The notes beneath the pieces are model-generated. The model did not search any database and was not told the DNA's origin. It saw nothing but the letters and a program-made list of their open reading frames with translations. 64,000 nt of DNA from NCBI GenBank assembly GCA_965218585.1, contig CBDCLE010000024.1, forward strand, positions 32,001-96,000, given 5' to 3'. Below, one piece after another: positions 19,357 through 30,365 of the stretch. Made by a program: the position numbers and the translations under genes. The stretch comes from Terriglobia bacterium (GTDB lineage: Bacteria > Acidobacteriota > Terriglobia > 20CM-2-55-15). The first letter of the stretch is position 1, and each line of letters starts with the position of its first letter.

Positions 19357-20501
19357 GGGCTGCCTTCCTGGAGCGGCATCCATGCGTGGAGCCTAAAACC
19401 TTCAGATAGCTTAGAGTCAATCTGCAAATTTCCTCCGAACTGTTCCAGACGTTCCTGCATTCCTTTCAACCCGTTTCCTATTCGCACGGTCCGTGCACCC
19501 CGGCTGTCGTCACGAGCTTGCACCTCAACTCCGGAAGGCGACTTCCTGAACTCAATCCAGAGATTCGCGGCGTCGGCATGCCGGATCGTGTTGGTAATGA
19601 TTTCCCGGGCGCACCGAAGCAAGGCCTGCGCTCGCAGCGGGTCATCAATGCTCAAATCGTCAGGCAGTATCATGTGAATCCTTGGGTTAGGTACGTCCTC
19701 GATGAGTCTTGTTAACGACCGTTCAAGGTTGATTTGGTCGGTATCACGTACCGAGCTCACCACGCCTCTGACGTCATCAAGCAGCGTCTTCGTGAGGTCC
19801 CGTGCATTCACCGCACGTTCTCTGGTTTCTGCGTCGCTCGTGTGAGCCAGGACTTCAAGGTTCAGGCTCAGAGCAGTCAGGTTGTGACCCAGGACATCGT
19901 GCAACTCTCTGGATATGCGTTGGCGTTCCGCAATCCGGCTGCTTTCCGATAAGAGTTCTTGAGTCGCCTTGAGTTCGGCATTGGCCAGGGCCAATTCTGA
20001 TCGAGCCTTGGATTCACTCGCTGCGAAACTTGCACTAAACAACGCAAGGGCTTCGAATCCTGCGTAAGTAGCGAGGAGGGTCAACGCTACCCCCATCGGA
20101 AAGGACAGCGAAATCAGCCAACCCATCAACAACGACTGAAATAACAGCCACGACAACGCCCACGGCACGGGTAACATCCACCCCAGCTGGAGAGAGACAA
20201 GTACAAGTAGAGCTCCTTCAAAGCCCGAGCAGACAAGGCGGATCATCACCAACGCCAACGTGGTTTGAATGCCAACCATCGCGACACCGAGGGAATCGGG
20301 TTGGACCGAAGCAGGTTGCCAAGGTGTTGAAATGAAGGTAATTCCGAAAGCCAGGAAGAAGCCCAACCAGAGGTAATACGTGGGGTTCGTCAAATAGTCG
20401 GGGTTGAGCCGCAAGACCCTCAACAGCGGCAGGCCAGCCAGTATCCAAGTTAGGATTCCGGCAGAACGTAGAAATTGCCTGGCTTTGTGAGACAGGTCCA
20501 T
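19353..20501 (-). CDS. Membrane sensor histidine kinase (HisKA_3, DesK/LiaS-like)
   Basis: About 5 N-terminal TM helices, ERQRISRELHDVLGH, EIITNTIRHA, GNGLKGMQER. Confidence 0.92.
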   Translation of the reverse strand: MDLSHKARQFLRSAGILTWILAGLPLLRVLRLNPDYLTNPTYYLWLGFFLAFGITFISTPWQPASVQPDSLGVAMVGIQTTLALVMIRLVCSGFEGALLVLVSLQLGWMLPVPWALSWLLFQSLLMGWLISLSFPMGVALTLLATYAGFEALALFSASFAASESKARSELALANAELKATQELLSESSRIAERQRISRELHDVLGHNLTALSLNLEVLAHTSDAETRERAVNARDLTKTLLDDVRGVVSSVRDTDQINLERSLTRLIEDVPNPRIHMILPDDLSIDDPLRAQALLRCAREIITNTIRHADAANLWIEFRKSPSGVEVQARDDSRGARTVRIGNGLKGMQERLEQFGGNLQIDSKLSEGFRLHAWMPLQEGSP

Positions 20502-20511
20502 GATCCCAACG

Positions 20512-20691
20512 TTAGACCGTGATCATGTCAAAACGACAGTGCCGAAAGTCATGGTAAGCGGAAGCTGCTGAATTTACGAGTGGGGTCATGCCCACGAGAT
20601 GGAACGCGCTGAGAAGACCGGCCAGGATCAGATTGGCCGACCTTGTCTCTACCACCGTGTCTTCGAGCCATTCGAACACTGAGGCGAACAT
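20512..20691 (-). pseudogene. Possible remnant of a small membrane protein (DUF6644-like)
   Basis: MFASVFEWLEDT...LLSAFHLVGM resembles an N-terminus of that type and then degenerates. Confidence 0.3.
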
Positions 20692-20767
20692 GAGATCTAT
20701 TCCCTGTGGGTGCGGCCTATGACCGCACAAGAACGGAGGCTACAGAACCCCCTGCAGGGCTTCGCGA

Positions 20768-21199
20768 TCAATGATGGCCCGGTGCATTGAATGCTCCATG
20801 GACAACCGCGATCTGCCAGTTGTCGTCGACTCTCTTAAAGACCGTCGTGTTCAAGCCCAGAATATCCGCCTCACCACCAGTGAGCGTGTACGCATACGTC
20901 GCCCATGCTGCATCGGCCGTGTTGCCAGTTCGGACATTCGATACGCTGAGGGTCCGGGCCGGTGTCTGGTTGAACAGGATCCCGATGAACCCGAGGACCG
21001 TGCTCTTGCCGTTCATGATGTGGCCGTCCTCGTCCAGCCATACGACGTCATCAGCAAGATGCTGTTCGAAATACGCCATGTCGTGGGTGTTGTATGCGGT
21101 GACGCCTGCCTGAACAAGTTCCGCTCCCGGCTCCTGAGCAAGTGCGGGTGCCGCGCCAAAAGCCACGATCAGGAAAGAGATGCAGAGTAATTTCTTCAC
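20768..21199 (-). CDS. Secreted NTF2/SnoaL-like (DUF4440) protein
   Basis: GTG start after AAGGGAG, signal peptide, AYNTHD...LADDVVW...TTVFKRVDDNWQIAVVH. Confidence 0.8.
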   Translation of the reverse strand: MKKLLCISFLIVAFGAAPALAQEPGAELVQAGVTAYNTHDMAYFEQHLADDVVWLDEDGHIMNGKSTVLGFIGILFNQTPARTLSVSNVRTGNTADAAWATYAYTLTGGEADILGLNTTVFKRVDDNWQIAVVHGAFNAPGHH

Positions 21200-21246
21200 G
21201 TTAGTTCTCCCTTGAGGTGTTTGATCAATTAATACTTGAAAACTTT

Positions 21247-22542
21247 TCACGACAAATCGATACCGTCTTCCATCAATTCTTCATCAGAGGCCTCCCGGGC
21301 CAGAGTGCCTGGAGGGTTCTGATACCAATCCGGATCTTCGTAACTCGTAATTCCGTCCCGAACCTTCAGCACAGTGAACATGCCGCCCATGTCGACGGGA
21401 TCATGTTTCCCAGGTGTGCTCTTCATCGAGATGCTGTTGTCAGGAACAGGCATACCCATTTCAGCCATGCCGGCCATACCGGTCTGCCCCATCGTCATGT
21501 ATCCAGGCAGGAGCGAGCGGATGCGGTTGTCCAGGCCGCCGGGATCGAGTCCGATGACGTTCGGCCCTTCATGCCCCATCTGGTTCATGATGTGGTGGGT
21601 GAAGTGGCAGTGCATGGCCCAGTCCCCGGGTGCGTCGGCGACGAACTCGATGTCTCGCGTCGATCCTACAGGCACGAGCACTGTCGTTTCCGGCCACTGA
21701 GCCGTATCCGCAATGCGGCCCCCGTCGGTTCCCGTGATGTTGAAGGAATAGCCGTGCAAATGGATCGGATGGTTGTCCATAGCGCTCAGGTTCCCGAATC
21801 GGATACGGACGCTTTGACCCGTACCCACAACGAGAGGATCAGTTGCCGGAAAGGCCTTGCTGTTCAAGGTCAGGACGTTAAAGTCCGTCATCTCGCGAGG
21901 GTCGGGCCGACGGGCACCAATGGGGACGAACCACTCGCTCAGCATGATGGCGAAGTCGCGGTCTACGACGTATTGCGGTTCCTGTTCGTGGATAACGAGC
22001 ATGCCCATCAGTCCCATGCCCATCTGCGTCATCTCGTCGACGTGAGGGTGGTACATGAAGGTGCCGGGATTCAACATCGTGAATTCATACCTGAACGTCT
22101 CTCCTGGGCGGATATACGGCTGGTTCAGACCGCCTACGCCGTCCATGCCGTTAGGAAGAATAAGCCCGTGCCAGTGGACGGTCGTGGGTTCCGGCAGGCG
22201 GTTCGTAACGTAGATACGAACCCGGTCACCCTCTACAGCTTCGATCGTCGGTCCGGGAGTTCGGCCGTTGTAGCCCCAACACGGACCCGTGAGTCCGGGA
22301 GCGAATTCATGTTCCACTGGCTCGGCCATGAGGTGGAAGACCTTCACACCATTTTCTACGGTCCGGAAAGGAAGCGAGGTGCCGTTGGGCGTAACCACCG
22401 ATCGATAAGGGTTTCCCGTGCCCTCGGGTGAAGCTGTCGCTCCCGTCGTTTGCGATTGTGCTTCGGCAATGCTGGATGGGCCGATCAGAAGTGCGCCTCC
22501 TGCCAAGACCGAACCTGTCATGAATTTTCTTCGCGAAACCAT
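21247..22542 (-). CDS. Tat-exported multicopper oxidase
   Basis: SRRKF Tat motif; HWHG, MYHPH, HPIHLHG, HCHFTHH..NQM copper ligands; Met-rich tail. Confidence 0.92.
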   Translation of the reverse strand: MVSRRKFMTGSVLAGGALLIGPSSIAEAQSQTTGATASPEGTGNPYRSVVTPNGTSLPFRTVENGVKVFHLMAEPVEHEFAPGLTGPCWGYNGRTPGPTIEAVEGDRVRIYVTNRLPEPTTVHWHGLILPNGMDGVGGLNQPYIRPGETFRYEFTMLNPGTFMYHPHVDEMTQMGMGLMGMLVIHEQEPQYVVDRDFAIMLSEWFVPIGARRPDPREMTDFNVLTLNSKAFPATDPLVVGTGQSVRIRFGNLSAMDNHPIHLHGYSFNITGTDGGRIADTAQWPETTVLVPVGSTRDIEFVADAPGDWAMHCHFTHHIMNQMGHEGPNVIGLDPGGLDNRIRSLLPGYMTMGQTGMAGMAEMGMPVPDNSISMKSTPGKHDPVDMGGMFTVLKVRDGITSYEDPDWYQNPPGTLAREASDEELMEDGIDLS

Positions 22543-22554
22543 CTCAAGTTCTCC

Positions 22555-23949
22555 TTATTCCCTGGCGTCAGACATGCTGAAGACATCACGCATCGTCACC
22601 AACCGGCCTGCCAGAATCTGATCCAATGTCGAGCGCGCTCGCCAATAGCTCCGCAGCGCTGTCACATACTCCTGGCCGGTGCGGATTTGTTCCCTGCGGG
22701 CCAGGAGCAACTGAAACACTCCCGTCTGCATTGCGTTAAACTGCCTCTGGGTTTCGCCCACAATCTGTTCCCAGATCGGGAGCAGAACATCCCGGTAGTG
22801 CTCGGCTCGTCGAGTGGCGATCAACAACTCGCTTCGCGCCCGGCGGACCCCCGCCCGGATACGGACAGCACGGGCCCGATACTGCTGCTCCAATTGCCGC
22901 ATTTCAGCACGAGCTGCTTCGATGCGCCCCTGCCCCCGATCAAAAAGCGGCACCTCGAGGGAGATGATCGGGCCGGTCTGCCGAACACTTTCTTCTCTCC
23001 CAACCTGAGCCCCGGCCCGCAGCGCAGGCAGAAGGCCTTCTGCGCGTGCGAGGTTGGCCAGACGCGCCGACGCCGTGTAACGGTATTCGAGACCGAGAAG
23101 GTCCAGGCTTTCCTCAATGGCGCGAGCCTCCAGAACGTCAATGCCAGGCAGATCTCCTTCGGCTTCCGGTCCCCCTAGCCGTCCCGCTGACTGCCAGTCC
23201 GTTTCGGTTCCCGACAGTCCCATCCATGCATTGAGTTCTTCACGACGGCCGAGTGCGGCCGCCTCCGCCAGAGCCGTCTCACTCCGAGCCTGCTCGTAGA
23301 AGGCACGTTCGTTGGCCAGTTCCAGAGCTGTGATATTTCCCGCGTCATAGAGGCGTTGGGCTGCCTCGTATGATGCCGCGGCGACTTCCAGAACGGTCTG
23401 GTCCAGTTCCAGCAACTGTTCAGCCCCCTGGTAGTCGTAAAAGGCGTTGCGTACCTCGTAGGCGAACTCGAGTGCGGCCCCTCCGGTTTCGATACGAACC
23501 GCATCCAGCCCAGCTGCGGCGACGCCCCGGCGCAGTGGCAGGAACAGTAGGTCTGTCAGGTTGGCCGTAGCCGCGAAGCCGAAGTCCGAACGGCGGTTAT
23601 CGGCAAACGAACCGATATCGCCGTCGAACTCGATGTTGGGCGGCAAGCTTGCATCAATGAGTTGGGCTCGGGCGATTCCCAGCTCTTCAAAAAGTGCCTG
23701 CAGGTCGGCGTTCTTCAGGAGAGCGATATCGACAGCCTCGTCAGGTCCAATGGGTTGGGCAAGCAGCTCAGCTACTCTTTGGTCGAGGGCAGGATCGCCT
23801 GAGAGCTGCCGCCACTCGGCATCAAGCCCCGCCCGTTGTTCGAGTAGAACTTGCACGGATTCAAACCCAGCGTTTCGCGGAGCGCAGGAGGTGAGGCTCC
23901 CGATTAAAAGAAACAGGCATGCGAATGGTTTTGGTCTTAGCATCCTCAT
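22555..23949 (-). CDS. TolC-family outer membrane lipoprotein (copper-resistance associated)
   Basis: Lipobox LTSC, AVDIALLKN, EVPLFDRGQG, OEP helical repeats; adjacent to the oxidase. Confidence 0.88.
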   Translation of the reverse strand: MRMLRPKPFACLFLLIGSLTSCAPRNAGFESVQVLLEQRAGLDAEWRQLSGDPALDQRVAELLAQPIGPDEAVDIALLKNADLQALFEELGIARAQLIDASLPPNIEFDGDIGSFADNRRSDFGFAATANLTDLLFLPLRRGVAAAGLDAVRIETGGAALEFAYEVRNAFYDYQGAEQLLELDQTVLEVAAASYEAAQRLYDAGNITALELANERAFYEQARSETALAEAAALGRREELNAWMGLSGTETDWQSAGRLGGPEAEGDLPGIDVLEARAIEESLDLLGLEYRYTASARLANLARAEGLLPALRAGAQVGREESVRQTGPIISLEVPLFDRGQGRIEAARAEMRQLEQQYRARAVRIRAGVRRARSELLIATRRAEHYRDVLLPIWEQIVGETQRQFNAMQTGVFQLLLARREQIRTGQEYVTALRSYWRARSTLDQILAGRLVTMRDVFSMSDARE

Positions 23950-23952
23950 CCC

Positions 23953-24477
23953 TCACGGCTCGGTGGGACCGGAGGCGTCTTCCCCCTCCGAGGCCACCAG
24001 ATCGATGCTGAAGATCTGAATTCGTTCTTCCGGAAGTCGCTCGATTCTGAAGACGATTTCGTTTCCTACTTCGAGAGATTCTCTCCTGACTTCTGCAGCA
24101 ACGGGGAATGTCATCGTCATCGCCATCATGAAGCCGGGAATCATCCCGTGTTGGATCTGTAATTGGTCTGCTGCTATGGCCCGAATCACTCCCTGTCCCA
24201 CGAAGGGCGCATCACGCGTACCGTCAGGTGTGCGATTGTCGCTTTGTCCGATTTCACGACCTTCCTCTCCAGTCGTAAGAGTAAGTTCCCCAGACGGATA
24301 CAGAGGCGCATTGGGCCGGAGGATGGCCGCAGGTTCGGCCTCCACTCGCCCGGGGGGAGCATCGATTCGCGCAGGGTGGTCTGAGGCCAGCCCGAGGGTT
24401 GTGGGTACACAGCCGGAGCCGACGAGAGCGAGGATCAGTGTGCCCCCCAACAGTAGCTTGTTTGGGCTGTTCTCCAT
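23953..24477 (-). CDS. Lipoprotein with CusF-like copper-binding domain
   Basis: GQGVIRAI...IQHGMIPGFMMAMTMTFPV (His/Met Cu(I) motif); lipobox-like GSGC. Confidence 0.8.
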   Translation of the reverse strand: MENSPNKLLLGGTLILALVGSGCVPTTLGLASDHPARIDAPPGRVEAEPAAILRPNAPLYPSGELTLTTGEEGREIGQSDNRTPDGTRDAPFVGQGVIRAIAADQLQIQHGMIPGFMMAMTMTFPVAAEVRRESLEVGNEIVFRIERLPEERIQIFSIDLVASEGEDASGPTEP

Positions 24478-24511
24478 CTAAATCTCCTCTTCTGAGATCT
24501 TTCAGCGGACG

Positions 24512-24958
24512 CTAATTGCCGCTGATCACTACCGTCGGTGCCACGTCGCCCACCCATTCCGCAGTGCTTCCGTCCGCGTGAGTTTGAACGACGCTCCACA
24601 CCAGAGTGGTTGCTTCCCCAGGGTTTTCGGCAGTGAAGCTGAATTGTTCCGCTTGGCCCTGGGGAATCTCTCCGCCGCTCCACACTGCGCTTACAACGTA
24701 GCCGTCGGCATCCGTTGTCGGCTCGATCGTCCAGCCGGTTTTAGATTCGAAGTCGGAGACCGTCACGCCCATCGGAAACTCGGCTTCAATCCGGACTGTG
24801 GCACTGTCCCGTTCGGTAGGAACGCGCATCGTGTAGGTTTCACTCGCGCCGGTGGAGGATTCCGTAGGCGAAATCGTCACGTGAGCAAACCCGCTTCCTA
24901 CGACGAAGAAAATCCCTAAAGCTGCGGCAAACACCAGATAAGGTTCTTGTGTTCTCAT
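24512..24958 (-). CDS. YcnI/DUF1775 copper-binding protein
   Basis: Signal peptide then HVTI.P, RVPTER, GW, WSGG, Q..ADG...W, AP. Confidence 0.85.
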   Translation of the reverse strand: MRTQEPYLVFAAALGIFFVVGSGFAHVTISPTESSTGASETYTMRVPTERDSATVRIEAEFPMGVTVSDFESKTGWTIEPTTDADGYVVSAVWSGGEIPQGQAEQFSFTAENPGEATTLVWSVVQTHADGSTAEWVGDVAPTVVISGN

Positions 24959-25044
24959 TCGCTTCCTCTCCGCGGAGGCAGACCCGCTGGCCTCGGCGCC
25001 GTTCTGATCCGTCGTTGTTGAGCCAGGCGTCCAGCCCGGCCGTG

Positions 25045-25743
25045 TTACCGCGCCAGGAGGAACTCCCGCCGCAGTGCTTCGTAATAATTCCGATCCAGAG
25101 GTTCTTTCAACTGGAAGACAAAGCGCTTCGTTTTATCGAACGCTCTTTGGTTTTCCTCCAGAACGCGTAATTCCAATTCGAATGCATTGGACGACCAGAC
25201 GTTTGCGATATGGATGTCGCGGCGCCAGTTGCGGGCGTCTTCGGTATGATCGGTCTGGTAAACAATCCATCCGTCGCCGAAGGTCAGCGTGCCTTCACAG
25301 CCTCCAAAGACGTGGAGATGTTTGACGGCCACTTGATATTCGGGTTCGACAACCCTCGGGACCCGGTCCGTCACCGGCCGTGCAAGCTGCTGTCTGATCT
25401 GCTCAAAGGTTGCTTCTTCGAGGCCCGCTTCGCCGGGGAGAACCGTGAAGTCAAAAGAACGATCCAGACCCAGATGCAAGGCGAGGTCTTCGTAGCTTAG
25501 AACGCTGAATCGTTCCGCCGACCGGCGGTCGAAGCCCTGGACGTCCACCCAGGCCCAGTCGCGCTGATGCTCTTCTTTCTCCGTTTCGTAGCGGATACCG
25601 TTTTCAGTAATGTGGAGTTCGCCTTCGCAACTGCCCCAGGGATCGTGGTCGTGACGCACGAGAAGTGTCTGCGCCGAAACGGGGACCGCGAGGATCAGTA
25701 CCAGGAACATCAGCCACAAGTGGCGATACCAGCCTCTATGCAT
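25045..25743 (-). CDS. Secreted hypothetical protein with two similar (PH-like) halves
   Basis: Signal peptide; HDHDPWGSCEGEL and HLHVFGGCEGTL repeats; start overlaps the true cusA stop. Confidence 0.7.
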   Translation of the reverse strand: MHRGWYRHLWLMFLVLILAVPVSAQTLLVRHDHDPWGSCEGELHITENGIRYETEKEEHQRDWAWVDVQGFDRRSAERFSVLSYEDLALHLGLDRSFDFTVLPGEAGLEEATFEQIRQQLARPVTDRVPRVVEPEYQVAVKHLHVFGGCEGTLTFGDGWIVYQTDHTEDARNWRRDIHIANVWSSNAFELELRVLEENQRAFDKTKRFVFQLKEPLDRNYYEALRREFLLAR

Positions 25744-28700
25744 CTTTTAGCCTCCAGCCTTTCAATATGTAGTAGATGACCGGGTACACGCCGAGAACCA
25801 GAACCACCGAGGTCACGACGCCGCCAACCATCGGTGTGGCAATGCGTTTCATGACGTCGGATCCTGTCCCCTGGCTCCACATGATCGGCAACAGGCCCGC
25901 CATGATGACGCTGGCCGTCATGATTTTGGGACGCAACCGCGCCCTGGTAGATCGCATCCACCAGGTTCTTGCGGTGACGCATGCGTCCCGCTCGCACCGC
26001 ATCTTTGTAGGCCAGGTCCAGATAGAGGAGCATGACAACTCCGGTTTCGGCAGCCAGTCCGCCCAGTGCGATGATGCCCACCCACACGGCGATGCTCATG
26101 TTGTAGTCGAGCAGGTACAAAAGCCAGAACGCCCCGACCAACGCCAGCGGCAAAGAAAGAAAAACGACGAGCGTGTCGACGATGGATCGCGTATTCAAAA
26201 AAATGATTACGAAGATGATCAGCAGGGTCATCGGGATCACGAGCCGCAGGCGCTCGGCGGCGCGCACCATGTATTCGTACTGACCGCTCCAGGTGATGCT
26301 GTACCCGGGGGGAATCTCGACTTGCTCGGCCACGGCGTTCTGGGCCATGGCGACATAGGTGCCCACGTCTATATCATCCAGATCTACATAGACCCAGGCG
26401 TTTGGGCGCGCGTTCTCCGTCTTGATCGCGGGCGGCCCCTTCTTGATCTCCATGTCGACCAGCATCTGGAGCGGAATGTGTTGGCCGGCCGGCGTGGGAA
26501 CCAGGATCTGGCCCAGCGCCGCGATGTCGTCCCTCAACTCCCGGCTGTAGCGCAGGTTGACCGGGTATCGTTCCAACCCTTCCACGGTCGTGGTGATGTT
26601 CATTCCTCCGATGGCGGACTGGATGACGTCCTGGACATCCCCGACCGTCAGTCCGTAACGTGCGATGGCTGCCCGATCCATCTGGAAGTCCAGGTAGTTG
26701 CCGCCCAGGACCCGTTCCGAATAGGCCGAGCGAGTTCCCGGCAACTGGCCGACGACGGCTTCTATCTGTTGACCGACTTGTTCCAGGACTCCCAGGTCAG
26801 GCCCTGCGACCTTTACGCCAACCGGCGTCTTGATGCCGGTGGAGAGCATGTCGATACGATTTTTGATGGGCATCGTCCAGATATTGGTCATACCTGGAAA
26901 CTGCAGTGATTGATCCATCTCGGCGGTGAGGCGCTCCGGTGTCATGCCGGGCCGCCACTCGGCCTGTGGCTTCAACATAACGGTCGTCTCAACCATGCTG
27001 AGCGGCGCCGGATCGGTAGCCGTTTCGGCACGGCCGATCTTTCCGAAGACCGTGTCGACCTCAGGGAAAGTGCGGAGGATCTTGTCGGTCTGCTGGAGCA
27101 ACTCTCGCGCCTTCGTGACGGAGATGCCCGGCAGTGTTGTCGGCATGTACAGCAGGTCTCCTTCCCAGAGAGGTGGCATGAACTCCGATCCAAGCCGGGA
27201 GTACGGAACCCACGTGCCCACCAGAACTACGAGCGTCAGCGCCAGAACTCCCCATCGAAATCGTAATAGAAGGTGCAGGATCGGATCATAGATCCAAATC
27301 AACAGCCGGCTGAGCGGATTGCGGCGCTCGGCCGGGATGCGCCCCCGGATCCAATATCCCATCAGGACGGGCACGAGCGTGATCGCCAACAGGGAAGCCG
27401 CCGCCATCGAATAGGTCTTGGTAAACGCCAGAGGTTTGAACAGCCGCCCTTCCTGGGCTTCGAGCGTAAAGACGGGAGCGAACGATACCGTGATAACCAG
27501 GAGAGCGAAAAACAGCGTCGGCCCGACTTCCTTCGCGGCGTTGCCGATGATCTGCCAATGCGGCTTCTTCCCACGGTCGCGTTCGAGGTGTTTGTGAGCG
27601 TTCTCGATCATGATGATCGCGGCGTCCACCATTGCCCCGATCGCGATGGCTATGCCGCCCAACGACATGATGTTCGCGCTGATTCCCTGGTAGTACATCA
27701 CCGTGAACGCCATCAGAACAGCGATCGGCAGCGTGATGATGGCCACGAGCGAGGATCGGAGATGGAGCAGGAACAGGATGCAGACCAGAGCCACCGCCAG
27801 GCCCTCTTCGAGCAGTTTCTCCTGGAGCGTCTCCACGGATCTTTCGATCAGACCCGACCTGTCGTAGACCGTCTCGATCTCGACATCGCCGAGGAGCCCG
27901 GGTTTCAATTCTTCGAGTCTTGCTTTGACGCGCTCTATGACTTGGTAAGCGTTCTCGCCTGAACGGACAATGACGATGCCCCCGACAGCCTCACCCTCCC
28001 CGTTCAATTCAGCCAGGCCGCGCCGGATGTCCGGCCCGAGCTGCACGGTTGCGACATCCTTCAACAGGAGCGGCGTGCCCCTCGAATCTACCTTCAGGAC
28101 GATGTCGCGGATGTCGTTCTCATTCTGGATATAACCCAGACCCCGGATCATGAATTCGGATTCGGCCATCTCGAGGACTCGGCCGCCCACGTCATTGTTG
28201 CTGCTCTGGACAGCTGTGCGTATCGCCGAGATCGAGACGTCGTAGGCACGCAGCTTGGTCGGGTCCACCGTAATCTGGTACTGCTTGACGAAGCCGCCGA
28301 TGCTGGCGACTTCGGAAACACCTGGTACGGCTGTCAATTCGTATTTCAGGAACCAATCCTGGATGCTGCGCAGCTCGGAGAGGTCCCGCTCGCTGGAGGT
28401 CAGTGAGTACATGTACGCCCAGCCGACACCGGTGGCGTCGGGTCCTAAAGTGGGCGTGACGCCCGCTGGCAGCCGCTCCGAAACGTAGTTCAGGTATTCG
28501 AGAACGCGGCTGCGGGCCCAGTACAAGTCGGTTCCGTCCTCGAAGATCACGTAGACGAGAGAAAAACCGAAGAAGGAATAACCCCTCACGACACGGGAAA
28601 AGGGCACGGCCAGCATCTGCGTATTGATCGGATACGTCACCTGGTCTTCCACGACCTGTGGCGCCTGCCCTGGAAAATCAGTGTAGATGATGACCTGCAC

Positions 28701-28832
28701 GTCGGAAAGATCCGGGATCGCGTCCAGCGGCGTGTTACCGATAGCGTATATGCCGCCCATTACGGCGAACCCGGCAGCGAGGATCACAAGAAACCGGTTC
28801 TGAATCGACCAATCGATGATTTTTGCAAGCAT
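25736..28832 (-). pseudogene. cusA: CusA/CzcA heavy-metal RND permease with a frameshift near 25936-25940
   Basis: DAIPDLSDVQV, LGPDATGVGW, GAMVDAAIIMIEN, Met-rich Cu site region. The conserved tail RLRPKIMT...GTGSDVMKRIATPMVGG lies in another frame ending at 25736. Confidence 0.9.
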
Positions 28833-28850
28833 CTGGAACTGATTCCTCTG

Positions 28851-30359
28851 TCAGTCTCGATCGGGCATTTCCATTTCGGGCGACATCTCCGTATCCGCGT
28901 CGGGTGACATGTCCATGGCGCTCGGTGATGCTGCAGGCGGATCCTCGGCGAGCAGCTTTCTCACGGCTTCCCGCAGGTTGCTTTCCGAATCGATCAGGAA
29001 TTGAGAGGACACGACGACACGGCTGCCTTCGGATAAGCCTGTCCGTACTTCCCAGAGACCGTTCCCGTTTACGCCTAATTCGACCTCACTCACCTGAAAA
29101 GTTCCGTTGCCGAGGTCGAGTACGACTACGTCGCGCTCGCCGCTTCGGATCACCGCTTCCTCAGGCACGGCGACAACTCCCCTCGCTGATGGGACATCGA
29201 ACGTCACTTCGGCGTACATCTCGGCTCGAAGCTCCTCGCCGGGATTGGGCAGCTCGATCGAAAGCTTCAGCGTCCGTGTCTCAGGGTTGAAGAACGGGTA
29301 AACGTACCGGATGGTCCCGGAGTAACGCCGACCCGGCAAACTGGGGACCTCCACCAGGGCCGACTGGCCGACACGTAACCAGGGAATGTCGTCCTCGAAA
29401 ATTTCGGCCTCGACCCAGATCGCTGAAAGATCCACGATCTGGTAGAGGTTCATGCCGGGCCTGGCGAGCATGCCCTCCAGCGCCTGCTCCATCTTCGAGA
29501 CGACCAGACCGTCAACAGGTGAAAAGACCGTGAGCGTGCGTCGAGGTGCATCGGATTTCTCCAGTTCGTCGATCTGGTCGTTGGTGATGTCCCAGTAGCG
29601 GAGTCGTTGCCTGGAGGATTCCACGAGGGAGCGGGCGCGATCGATAATTTCTGGATAATCGCTCGCGCCTAGGCGTTCCAGATACTCCACGGCGTCCAGA
29701 TAATCTTGTTGTGCGTTCACGAGCTGCGGGCTGAAGACGTCGAACAGCCGTTGCCCCCGCTGGACGCGCTCACCGATGTAATTGACCTGGACGTTTTCAA
29801 TCCAGCCGTCGTACTTCGTGTTAATCGAGAAGATCTGGTTGTCGTCGTAAGCAAAAGTCCCGACGGTTCGAATCGTGTGGGGAATATCGGTGCGTGCGAC
29901 CTCGGTGGACCGGACTCCAATGTTCTGGACAAAGACCGGGTCGATCCGCACCAGGCCCGGTGTGTCCACCTCGTCCTCGTAGACAGGAACAAGATCCATC
30001 CCCATTGGAGATTGTCCGGGTTCGTCGGATATGAACGTCGGATCCATGGGCGCGACCCAGTAAGCGACGGTCCGTTCCGCCGCCTCGTCCTCATAAACGG
30101 GGATTAAATCCATTCCCATCGGCGACTTACCCGGTTCGTCAGATATGAAACTAGGGTCCATCGGCGCGACCCAGTATCGGATCGCCCGTTCTCGGGTCCC
30201 GGCAGCGGAGGCGTTCGTTTCGTCAGACATCGCCATTGGCGTCAATCGATCCCGGAGAGCCGAGGCCCAATTCCAATTGAGGGGATTGACCAGGACAACG
30301 CCAGCCAGTCCGATTCCGGCGAAAAAGAACATAAGACTGAAAACGACGGTTTTCTTCAT
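28851..30359 (-). CDS. cusB: CusB-type RND periplasmic adaptor with two heavy-metal-binding repeats
   Basis: YWVAPMDP.FISDEPG.SPMGMDL.PVY twice; SPQLVNAQQDY; SQFLIDSES. Confidence 0.9.
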   Translation of the reverse strand: MKKTVVFSLMFFFAGIGLAGVVLVNPLNWNWASALRDRLTPMAMSDETNASAAGTRERAIRYWVAPMDPSFISDEPGKSPMGMDLIPVYEDEAAERTVAYWVAPMDPTFISDEPGQSPMGMDLVPVYEDEVDTPGLVRIDPVFVQNIGVRSTEVARTDIPHTIRTVGTFAYDDNQIFSINTKYDGWIENVQVNYIGERVQRGQRLFDVFSPQLVNAQQDYLDAVEYLERLGASDYPEIIDRARSLVESSRQRLRYWDITNDQIDELEKSDAPRRTLTVFSPVDGLVVSKMEQALEGMLARPGMNLYQIVDLSAIWVEAEIFEDDIPWLRVGQSALVEVPSLPGRRYSGTIRYVYPFFNPETRTLKLSIELPNPGEELRAEMYAEVTFDVPSARGVVAVPEEAVIRSGERDVVVLDLGNGTFQVSEVELGVNGNGLWEVRTGLSEGSRVVVSSQFLIDSESNLREAVRKLLAEDPPAASPSAMDMSPDADTEMSPEMEMPDRD

Positions 30360-30365
30360 ATCGGG

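Noticed and set aside
29977-30177. Direct repeat inside cusB
   Set aside because: Explained by the duplicated heavy-metal-binding domain; it is not a CRISPR or mobile repeat.
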